This document shows positions 22,101 to 29,655 of a stretch of DNA of 41,210 nt, piece by piece. The stretch comes from Eubacteriales bacterium (GTDB lineage Bacteria > Bacillota > Clostridia > Oscillospirales > CAG-272), in contig JAZORB010000025.1 in the NCBI GenBank assembly GCA_045656385.1, positions 1 to 41,210 on the forward strand. Reading direction: 5' to 3'. Within the stretch, counting starts at the first letter, position 1. The number at the start of each line of letters is the position of its first letter. The notes below the pieces were generated by a model that had not been told where the DNA came from, did not search any database, and worked only from the letters and a program-made list of their open reading frames with translations. The translations under genes were made by a program, and so were the position numbers.

Positions 22101-25100
22101 AGGAGATCTCGGACGAGCTGAAGACCGAGGAGGGCATCGGCGACCTGCTTGCCGAGAAGCTGAACGATATTCGCTTCGTCAAACGCTTCGCGCGCTCGCA
22201 AAGGGGCTTCTTTCTGCGCTCGATCGGATTCCTCAGCGATCTGATGGCGGATATCAAGAACGTCAAGAATCCCGTCTACCGCGACGCACGCCGTCTTGAA
22301 AGGACGTTCATCGAGGGCATCGGACGCTATACTTACGAGGACGCATATGCCGAAGAGGCATTTCGGATTCTCGGCGCGTTTGAGGAGATTGAGGCGGGTG
22401 AGGGTGCTGTTACAGAGGATGGAACAGCAGAAGTAAAATATGCTCTTGCTTCTCCGGGGAAAAAGCGCTATAATAGAACCGGTCATTATAGCAAAAGATA
22501 TTTCAGTTTTTTGCACAAAAACTTTCCGCCAGAAAACGAGGTTCAAAGCGAGGCGCACCGTCTTGCCGTATGGTGGGCACGCAGTCAAGACGTGCAAACA
22601 GGAGACCGAACCCTCATCTCGATGAACGATAGGTGGTACTTGGTAGAAAAGTTCGATGATGCGGAAAACTATTATCAAGTCGAGGCTTACGTTACCAAGC
22701 GAGAATTTGAAGCGATATTTAAGGAGATTAAGGAATATGGTAGGAGTGGACAAGTCAAGTCCGTATCGGGAAGCACTGATTTCATTGATAAACTCAATAA
22801 ATCAGGTTATTCCCTTGAAGGACGAGAATCAAGTGCTTTTGGTTATGTTACTCGATACGGAAGAGAAAATAATCAAATTCAACAATTGGGTCAAGATGAG
22901 ACTGACGGGCGAGAACGATCTGCAAGCGACGGAACAGGAGATCGTTCGAGCAGCGGTACAGATCGACAATGGAATTCTGTAAAGCATTCGCTCGACTCCG
23001 ACTACCTCTCCGCCGTCGAAAACGGCGATATGGAAACGGCGCAGAGGATGGTCGATGAGGCGGCAAAAGCGGCGGGGTATGATTCCCCGATGCTGTACCA
23101 CGGCACGACCTCGTTCGGTTTTACGGAATTTGATTCCGCGAGATCGGAGGATCGCGTTTCGGTATTTGCTACGACCGACGAAAAGGTGGCGAAGACCTAC
23201 GCGTCGGATTCTCCCAAGACGTCCGTCAGCGAAAGGGCGAGCATAACGCCCGAGGGGCTTGAAGCGTCCAGCGACGAGCAGATCCTTTCCTACCTCAACG
23301 AGTATTTTGACGACGGCTTCCGTATGATCTCGACCGAGAGATACACAAAGTCCGCGAAGGAATCGATCGGTAAGGCACGGGAGAGATTGTCCGCGTTCAT
23401 TGATGAAAACGCGGAGCGGATCGACGGCAAGGCAAAGACCGCGCTTCAAAATATGGTTGCCGCGTTGGACACGCTTTCCGCAACCGAATCGTATACCGAT
23501 TTTCAAGACGCGTACACCGCATACGAAAGGGCGACGTGGGATCTGAAGTGGGCAGACGGCGAGCTTTTGGCAGACGTCAGACCGCTGATCGTTGACGATC
23601 TCGGCAGAGCGTACACCACGCTCGTGTCGACGCTTCAATACGGATCTGTTGCGTTTACGGACGGAAGTCGGATGCTGTCGAGAGGTCAGGCGATCACGGA
23701 GCTTTACCCGAAGCTCTTCTCGGGCGTTTATAAGCTGTTCGGCAGAACGGGAAGATCCCTCACCGTCGACGCGGACGGCGCTAATTGGAACGATCTTGAC
23801 GGCAGGAGCATCGGAAGAGACGGCACCGTAACGACGAAGGACGTCGTGCAGTACGCAAGTCTTAAGGGATACGACAGCGTTGTATTTGAAAGCGTTGTTG
23901 ACCGAGGCGGAACCGACGTGAGCGGTGCGGGAGAATCGACCGTTTACGCCTTCCTCGGTGAGAACGCCTTGAAGTCCGCCGATCCCGTCACCTACGACGA
24001 TGACGGCAACATCATTCCGCTTTCCCGTCGATTTGACAGAACGAAGCGCGACATCCGCTACTCCCTCGACGACTCCGCTCTCGAATCCTCTCTTGAATCG
24101 ACGGGCGTCGGCGCGGAAAAGGGATACCGCGAGGGCGTCCGCGGCACGGTGAATACGATGATGATCGGCGCGCGCATTGCCTTCTTTGATGCGTATGCGG
24201 GCTCGATCGATTACCTCGTCAAGCGCGGCGGCTATACTCAGCAAGAGGCAGAGGTAGCGGTGCAGAAGGCGCGCATGGGCGCCTCCCGCGGCAACGGCGC
24301 CATCGAATCGGGTCAGCTCGTCGACGGTAAGGTCGAGGAGGCGCTGATCAGCATCCTGAAGCCGATCTACGAGAAGGGCGATCAGGAGAAGGAATTCTTT
24401 TTCAACTACCTTGAGCACAAGCACAACATTGACCGTATGAGCCTGTACGACAAGTCGATGGAGGAGCTTGGTAAGATCGGCAAGGAATACAGGGCTGTGC
24501 GCAAACGCATCCTTCCCCTGCGGGATCAGATCAAGGCGCTTGAGGAAAGCGGGAACACGAGCGAGGTCAACGAGCTTTACAAGAAGCTTGAAAAGCTCGT
24601 GAAGCGCTCCATCCGCTTGAAAGCGCAGATGGACAATTTCGTGGTCGAGGAGAACAAGCCCGTTTTCGGTGTGAATGAGAATCGAGAAGCTGCGATCACC
24701 GCGGACGAGTCCCGCAAAATCGTCGAGAAATACGAGAATGAGCATCCCGAATTTATCGAAATTGCCGATAAGCTCTACAAATTCAACGACAACCTGATGA
24801 AGGTGCGCGTTGAGGCGGGGCTGATCACGCAGGCGGATGCCGACTACCTGAAGGCAAAATATCCGCACTACGTTCCCACGGGGCGCGAGGACGCGCCGCA
24901 GGGCATTGCGGCGATCCGCGGCAAGAACAATATCGAGGTACAGACGGGTATCAAGAAGGCGACGGGCAGCGGACGCAAGATCCGCGATATCGGCAATCAG
25001 ATCGCCGAGCACGCGCTTCAGGTATACCGCGCTGCGGCGGTCAATGAGCTCCTCGGGCATCTGTACGACGTTGCCGTGAAAACGGGCGACACCACCTACG

Positions 25101-27205
25101 TCAAGGTGCTCAGCGAGAAAAGCGTCTACGCCAACGAGGAACAGCAGGATCAGTTCGAGACGAAGCAGAAGGTCGAGCGCGGCAAGGCGGGACAGATCAC
25201 TCTGTACAGAGACGGCAAGCGCATCACGGTCGCGGTTTCGCCCGAGATCCTTGCGGGCTTCAACAGCACCGCGAATATGAGCAACAACGCGATCCTGAAG
25301 CTGGTCCGCAAGACGATGAGCGGGTACAAGGCGCTGATCACGTCACTCAATCCCTTCTTCGGCATCAGAAACAAGATCCGCGACCTTCAGGATGCGGGCA
25401 TCAACACGAGATATCCCGCACAGTATTTGAAGAATCTTTTATCGTTCAGGGCAGAAAGGGAGATCGCAGAGAACGGCAAGTATTGGATCGAATACCGCGC
25501 GGCGGGCGGGTTCAACGTCTCCGCTTACGATGCGAAGGATATCAACTTCAAGGATCTCGATATCGGCGTTACCTCCCGCGGCTTTGAATGGTCTGCTGAC
25601 AAGAATCCGTTTATCAGGTACGGTCGGCGCGTTTTCCAATCGATCGAGGTGCTAAACGCATTCATCGAGCAGTCAACGCGTCTGAACGAGTACATCTGCG
25701 CGAGAGAGGCGGGCGCGAGCATCGACGAGGCGCTTCTTGCATCTGCCGAGGTGACGACCAACTTCGGGCGGTCGGGCAACGTGGTGAAGACCTTCAATAC
25801 CTACCTCATCCCCTTCCTCAACCCCGCCGTGCAGGGTATGAGCAGAATGTACAGAAACGTCGTTGACACGAAGATGACCTTCGCGGAGATCTCCGCCCTT
25901 CTGTTCAAGCTCGCGTTCTTCGGCGGATTCGTGCCGCAGATCCTGCTTGAGCTTCTGCATCAGGCAATCGGCGACGACGAATACGAGGAGCTGAGCGACA
26001 CCGACAAGACCATTTATTACGTCTTGCCGTGGTTCGGAGAGACCTACCTCAAGATTCCGAAGGGACGCATTTCCGCAATGTTCGCGGGTGCCGTCGTGCA
26101 GACGCACAGTGCAATTGAAGGTGAGGGCTTTGATTTCTTTGAATACTTCGAGAACGTCTATCAGAACAACCTCCCCTTTGATACCGCTTCCCGCTCGATC
26201 ATCTCCCCCGTCAAGGACGCGTGGACGAACACGACGTGGTACGGCGGACAGATCGAGGGTCGGGAGTTTGAGAACGTGCGCCCCGAGAACCGTTACGACG
26301 AATCGACAAGCGCGATCGCTATCGGCATCGGCAAGCTCTTCAACATATCCCCCAAGCGCGTGCATTACGTCCTCGACCAGTACACGGGTGTCATCGGCGA
26401 CGTTCTTCTCCCCGCTACATCAAAGAGGGCGGAGCGCGATCCCTTCTCTGCCAACTTCACGATCGATCCCGTCCTCTCGAACGAATTGTCTACGCAATTC
26501 TACGAGATATACGACGAGGTCGTGTACCGCGACAACGAAGGTAGCGAGACGGCGTACTACAAGAAGAAATTTCTCGGCGAGTACAAGAGCGCGATCAGCG
26601 ATCTGTACAAGGAGATCGACTCCATCGAGGCAAGCAATCTCTCCGACTCCGAGAAAAAGGAGAAGGTGCGCATCCTCCGCGCGACGATCAACGAGATCTA
26701 CCGCAAGGCGCTCGGCGATTACGAGGAATTCAGCAATACGCTGAATGAGGGAATGCTTGTCTACGGCTCCTATGCGACCGAAGGCGTAACGAAGGAAAAC
26801 TTCAAGAAGCTCGGGCTTGAACAGGGAGACGTCGGCAAGGTCGCCGTCCTCTTTGACGGTCAGGTTGCCGTCAAGAAGGACACGCAGGCAGAGGCGGACT
26901 CTTACGTGGAAACGAACGCAAAGAAGCTCGCCTACGCCGAAACGCTCCGTAGGATGTACGGCACCGAGCGTGCGTTCAAGGCGCTTGGAATGGAGGAGAA
27001 GGCGGCGGCGATCGCGCAGTACGGTATCACCTACGACGAGTATTGGCAAGCCTACTTCGGAGTCCGCTACATCCGCGGTGACAACAAGAAGCAACAGGTC
27101 GTCAAGTACCTTAAGGAGATCGGATTCACGACCGAGAAGATCGGTATCGTGCTTCACTTTATGGGGTACAGTGGGTATGAAAAATACCTAAAAAAAGCAT
27201 CTTAA
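19145..27205 (+). CDS. Giant 2686-aa polyvalent-type virion/ejection protein
   Basis: Uninterrupted ORF. Gly/Ala-rich hydrophobic N-terminus, Lys-rich tract, HELWH (21974-21988), YHGT..FATTD ART-like segment (23096-), KSADPVTYDDDGNIIPLSRRF..DIRYS linker motif. Confidence 0.8.
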   Translation: MSRNWENIYTIHYDTPTTELSAEQNNGGFGEGLVYLGKEFVGGVGSVFEGIGNLFDAMEYKDDPARLQYEMSRSELQHWLQNERNKFNPSEGWEFAGGVSAGLGQSAVYMGISAATSFIPGVGPALGKALIFGAATASATGNALAGKIQEGHELNGNLWGYALTVGVTEGGVEVLTNNAGKAASRIVGGAAKQSVKAASGTVLGNFIVRGLARVGYEGGTEGLEEGISYIVDYYAQKWYDINPNARFSFGEMMYNVAVGAVSGAVMSGGSSIISDSRSIAAGHMALKKGTSDNIVRVADNYLTDFTPSKNSNEYLNGLYKTYNRYQALENKTGTEAKLLLGQMKAYNGVIAVSDGVLESKADILFSMNSDPNTTTAQVNALMSTNYTAEEIQNNKDHILEYAASAAFANKFVTPKRIEVALNEASEQAKEHPIAFEGKLPEMNSGDVAYFNLENGDVAYVARSGNSYRVAVSDSSGEYAKHTNFMSKKEALATLKSTVANSKSATESSTKSSTESAADQSKESTKKQPKKTTKKAADKKIDEKADKKSEKSKEKAADVKSDEKSAKKTEEKPKSEKKEKAPAEKAEAKTEAEAEAKKAEKPQDKQPSSASKSKAAYIHDFYAAVRGDNGKPHKALVHEGKRIEYGGYVFYTISKGKKLENAQVTEERTGLNCGEFGKLKEMIDKDPERFRKLVESKPDVNSLPKSTKESVTIRRSLDDDIEARRSLSDSDKSKILDAASGDEAAIQAITESDTELKDLMQTDSELQARKRAANEYYISNEGENTTAKENATEAKNEALAAIEESTDEDVFSEDLTEDVEGTAETVTEETTEEATVDEAIEEETAEEYRDNYTAAEKEFARKLMSRPKNFDLLPYETRKNILDMVRSAKGVDKDSIQYAATLMERRFGLRIEFGNYKNKGLHLQSGNGRRLMLVRSSDANHALIHELWHELYGTEAGQKIVTDLKGSEIVKGYEDDYAKRYKQHTGKEISDELKTEEGIGDLLAEKLNDIRFVKRFARSQRGFFLRSIGFLSDLMADIKNVKNPVYRDARRLERTFIEGIGRYTYEDAYAEEAFRILGAFEEIEAGEGAVTEDGTAEVKYALASPGKKRYNRTGHYSKRYFSFLHKNFPPENEVQSEAHRLAVWWARSQDVQTGDRTLISMNDRWYLVEKFDDAENYYQVEAYVTKREFEAIFKEIKEYGRSGQVKSVSGSTDFIDKLNKSGYSLEGRESSAFGYVTRYGRENNQIQQLGQDETDGRERSASDGTGDRSSSGTDRQWNSVKHSLDSDYLSAVENGDMETAQRMVDEAAKAAGYDSPMLYHGTTSFGFTEFDSARSEDRVSVFATTDEKVAKTYASDSPKTSVSERASITPEGLEASSDEQILSYLNEYFDDGFRMISTERYTKSAKESIGKARERLSAFIDENAERIDGKAKTALQNMVAALDTLSATESYTDFQDAYTAYERATWDLKWADGELLADVRPLIVDDLGRAYTTLVSTLQYGSVAFTDGSRMLSRGQAITELYPKLFSGVYKLFGRTGRSLTVDADGANWNDLDGRSIGRDGTVTTKDVVQYASLKGYDSVVFESVVDRGGTDVSGAGESTVYAFLGENALKSADPVTYDDDGNIIPLSRRFDRTKRDIRYSLDDSALESSLESTGVGAEKGYREGVRGTVNTMMIGARIAFFDAYAGSIDYLVKRGGYTQQEAEVAVQKARMGASRGNGAIESGQLVDGKVEEALISILKPIYEKGDQEKEFFFNYLEHKHNIDRMSLYDKSMEELGKIGKEYRAVRKRILPLRDQIKALEESGNTSEVNELYKKLEKLVKRSIRLKAQMDNFVVEENKPVFGVNENREAAITADESRKIVEKYENEHPEFIEIADKLYKFNDNLMKVRVEAGLITQADADYLKAKYPHYVPTGREDAPQGIAAIRGKNNIEVQTGIKKATGSGRKIRDIGNQIAEHALQVYRAAAVNELLGHLYDVAVKTGDTTYVKVLSEKSVYANEEQQDQFETKQKVERGKAGQITLYRDGKRITVAVSPEILAGFNSTANMSNNAILKLVRKTMSGYKALITSLNPFFGIRNKIRDLQDAGINTRYPAQYLKNLLSFRAEREIAENGKYWIEYRAAGGFNVSAYDAKDINFKDLDIGVTSRGFEWSADKNPFIRYGRRVFQSIEVLNAFIEQSTRLNEYICAREAGASIDEALLASAEVTTNFGRSGNVVKTFNTYLIPFLNPAVQGMSRMYRNVVDTKMTFAEISALLFKLAFFGGFVPQILLELLHQAIGDDEYEELSDTDKTIYYVLPWFGETYLKIPKGRISAMFAGAVVQTHSAIEGEGFDFFEYFENVYQNNLPFDTASRSIISPVKDAWTNTTWYGGQIEGREFENVRPENRYDESTSAIAIGIGKLFNISPKRVHYVLDQYTGVIGDVLLPATSKRAERDPFSANFTIDPVLSNELSTQFYEIYDEVVYRDNEGSETAYYKKKFLGEYKSAISDLYKEIDSIEASNLSDSEKKEKVRILRATINEIYRKALGDYEEFSNTLNEGMLVYGSYATEGVTKENFKKLGLEQGDVGKVAVLFDGQVAVKKDTQAEADSYVETNAKKLAYAETLRRMYGTERAFKALGMEEKAAAIAQYGITYDEYWQAYFGVRYIRGDNKKQQVVKYLKEIGFTTEKIGIVLHFMGYSGYEKYLKKAS
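22737..22982 (+). CDS. Embedded +1-frame ORF (81 aa) inside the giant gene
   Basis: AAGGAG 10 nt upstream of the ATG. Protein-like sequence and genome-typical codons, whereas the giant frame here is S/G/R/D-rich. Confidence 0.35.
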   Translation: MVGVDKSSPYREALISLINSINQVIPLKDENQVLLVMLLDTEEKIIKFNNWVKMRLTGENDLQATEQEIVRAAVQIDNGIL

Positions 27206-27211
27206 ATAGGG

Positions 27212-27245
27212 AAACCGCACTTTTTGTGCGGTTTTTCTTTATTTT
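27212..27245 (+). terminator. Rho-independent terminator after the giant gene
   Basis: AAACCGCAC-ttttt-GTGCGGTTT + TTTCTTTATTTT. Confidence 0.8.
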
Positions 27246-27278
27246 ATAGAAAAAATTTCAAAAAAACAGTTAAATGCT

Positions 27279-27307
27279 ATTGCACTGTGAAACCAAAATG
27301 CTATAGT
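27279..27307 (+). promoter_or_regulatory. Late promoter copy 2 (same 22-mer + TATAGT)
   Basis: TTGCAC, 16 nt, TGcTATAGT. Confidence 0.5.
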
Positions 27308-27350
27308 TACAATTGAAGCCGGAGCACCGGCAAAGGAAAGGAGAAAGCAT

Positions 27351-27482
27351 ATGAAGACCAAGAACCCCTATGCAACCAACAAGGGCGGCAAGATTCAGGC
27401 GCCCACCAACCCCGCAGCCGGCGATCCGAAGGTGAATAAGGTAGTCGGTAACGATCTTCGTGTCAAGAAAGGTAAGAAGTGA
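27351..27482 (+). CDS. 43-aa Lys-rich basic ORF (MKTKNPYATNKGGKIQAPTNPAAGDPKVNKVVGNDLRVKKGKK)
   Basis: Not in the track. AAGGAGAAAGCAT RBS. TGATG coupling to the next gene. Native codon usage. Confidence 0.45.
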   Translation: MKTKNPYATNKGGKIQAPTNPAAGDPKVNKVVGNDLRVKKGKK

Positions 27483-27943
27483 TGCCGGACTTTGATGAAG
27501 AGATGAATGATCTGTTTATCGACGAGGACGTCGAGACAGAGGAAGCCCCCACCGTGGAGGAGCCCGTAGAAGAGCCTGCCGCTGAGAAAGAGCCGCAGGA
27601 TCCGTCCGTGAAAAACGAGGTGCAGCTTGCAAAGGATTTCGTCGAGCTGAGAAAGTCTCACCCCGAATTGTCGTCGATGGACGATATCGAGAATCCCGAG
27701 CGTTTTATGCGCCTTCGCAATAACGGATGCACCATTGAGGAAGCATTCCTCGCTACGGGTGGTTCAAAGAAAAGAATTGCCGCAGGAAGCGGCAAGGAGC
27801 ATCTCCACGCCGTAGCACCGAAGGGCACGGCGGCAGGAGAGCACGTTACAAGAAGCGAGATCGAAGCGGCGCGTGAGCTTTTGAACGATCCGAAGCTCAC
27901 GGATAAGGATCTCGCCGCTTACGTTCGCCGCGCAAGATCTTAA
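27482..27943 (+). CDS. Scaffolding-like protein (acidic N-terminus)
   Basis: Position directly upstream of the capsid gene. Acidic/helical composition. Confidence 0.5.
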   Translation: MPDFDEEMNDLFIDEDVETEEAPTVEEPVEEPAAEKEPQDPSVKNEVQLAKDFVELRKSHPELSSMDDIENPERFMRLRNNGCTIEEAFLATGGSKKRIAAGSGKEHLHAVAPKGTAAGEHVTRSEIEAARELLNDPKLTDKDLAAYVRRARS

Positions 27944-27959
27944 AAAGGAGTAAAAGAGT

Positions 27960-28961
27960 ATGTCTATTATCTATCAGAAATCCGGCGGTCTCCGCAACGC
28001 TGCCATCGGCAAGCTGGAGACTCCTATCAAAATGATCATCGAGCACGAGAGCGACCTTCAGACCAAGAAGGGCGGCATCCGTGACTGGCTTTTCAACGTT
28101 GAGAAGTCGAGCAAATTCGGCGAGACCATCGTCGGCAACAATGAATTCGGCGTTTTCAAGGCAGCCGCAGAGGGTGCAGCAGCTGAGAAGGACACGATGC
28201 AGGAGACCTACAAGAAGTTCATTGAGCACATTCAGTTTATGAAGCAGTTCACCATCACCGCCGAGATGATGGAGGACGCAAACTACGGCGTTGCCGCAGA
28301 CGCACGCCGCCGTGCCGAGAGCTTCGTCCGTGCGTACTATCGCACCCAGCATCAGATCTGTCAGGCAGCTCTTGCCAATGCAGCTTCCGCGTCCACCACG
28401 TTTGCAGGCGCGACCATCGACCTGACCACGGGCGACGGGCTTCCCCTGTTCGCCACCAACCACAAATACGGCGTCGATGACGGCACGCAGTCCAACCTCA
28501 TTGAGGAAGCGGGTCTGTTCGGCAGCACGGGCAACTTCGAGTCGGTACTGAACGAGCTCGCAAACAAGATCCGCAATATGAAGGACGAGAACGGCAATCC
28601 CCTCGGCTACACTGCCGACACCCTCATTCTTCCGGGCAACCGTCCCGAGGCAGAGATGATCGCAAAGAAGGTCTGCGGATCTGACGGCGCTCTCGGCAAC
28701 AACTACAACGACATCAACCTGCAGCACGGTAACTGGAGCATCGTCGTAATGCCCGATTGGCAGGCGGACAAGGACTCTGTAATGATCATGTCGAGCGAGG
28801 CAAACAAGAACCTCGGCGGCAATATGTTCTTCAACCGCGTTCCTCTGACCATCAAAAACTGGGAAGACGAGCCCACCTCCAACTACAACTGGGTCGGTCG
28901 TTGCCGCTTCGGCGTTGGCTTCGGTACCTACAAGCACATCCTGCTTGCAAAGGAAGTCTGA
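27960..28961 (+). CDS. Major capsid protein
   Basis: Size (333 aa), position, AAGGAG RBS. Family not determined. Confidence 0.7.
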   Translation: MSIIYQKSGGLRNAAIGKLETPIKMIIEHESDLQTKKGGIRDWLFNVEKSSKFGETIVGNNEFGVFKAAAEGAAAEKDTMQETYKKFIEHIQFMKQFTITAEMMEDANYGVAADARRRAESFVRAYYRTQHQICQAALANAASASTTFAGATIDLTTGDGLPLFATNHKYGVDDGTQSNLIEEAGLFGSTGNFESVLNELANKIRNMKDENGNPLGYTADTLILPGNRPEAEMIAKKVCGSDGALGNNYNDINLQHGNWSIVVMPDWQADKDSVMIMSSEANKNLGGNMFFNRVPLTIKNWEDEPTSNYNWVGRCRFGVGFGTYKHILLAKEV

Positions 28962-29650
28962 TGACCGTCGCGGAGGTATATTCCGCAACCGCCTCGCTCG
29001 GCTTTGAGTCGATGCTTGAGGGCGAGTATGAGCATTTCATCCCTGCCCTCAACAGGGCGGTGCGGCAGGTAAACGAATTGCGCCCGCGCGTAAAATGTAT
29101 TCCTGTGATGTATACGCCTCCCGTCTTTTCCAAAAGCTACGTGGAAGAAACCACGGCAGACGTCTCCGGCAACCTTTTTGTCGGAGACGTTTTTGGAAAG
29201 GTCACCTTTTTCACGGGCGACGTTTCAAACGAACGCACGGGACGCGTCTATTACGACAGTGCATTCACGGGCTTCAAGATCGAGGGCGTAGCGAGAAACG
29301 TCGAGGTCTACTTGGGAATGCCCGCGATCCTCGATATGGCTACGGTCGAGGACTTCGACGGCTTCTGTGATTTTCACAGGCACGACGGAAGCCGTATTGA
29401 TATCAGAGACCTCGCGGAAGTATGGTACAAGGTAAAGCCGCAGACCTTCACGAGCGACAAGAAGGACGAACAGATCGAGCTTGACGATGATCTCGTGCAT
29501 CTGCTTCCCCTCCTGATCGCCGCGTATCTGTGGCTTGAGGACGAGGCGGACAAGTCGGTGTACTATATGAACCTTTACAGAGAACGGGCTGCATCCGTAT
29601 CGCGCAGGATGAAGTGCCCTGACGTCATTTCCTTTAACGGATGGGGGTAA
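28961..29650 (+). CDS. Hypothetical structural protein (229 aa; possible head-tail adaptor)
   Basis: ATG overlaps the capsid stop. The upstream extension to 28757 overlaps the capsid gene. Confidence 0.5.
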   Translation: MTVAEVYSATASLGFESMLEGEYEHFIPALNRAVRQVNELRPRVKCIPVMYTPPVFSKSYVEETTADVSGNLFVGDVFGKVTFFTGDVSNERTGRVYYDSAFTGFKIEGVARNVEVYLGMPAILDMATVEDFDGFCDFHRHDGSRIDIRDLAEVWYKVKPQTFTSDKKDEQIELDDDLVHLLPLLIAAYLWLEDEADKSVYYMNLYRERAASVSRRMKCPDVISFNGWG

Positions 29651-29655
29651 ACGGT

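Noticed and set aside
28757-28960. Upstream extension of ORF 28757..29650 overlapping the last 200 nt of the capsid gene
   Set aside because: The extension is Arg/Gly/Gln-rich out-of-frame capsid sequence. The ATG at 28961 overlaps the capsid stop in the coupling style seen elsewhere.
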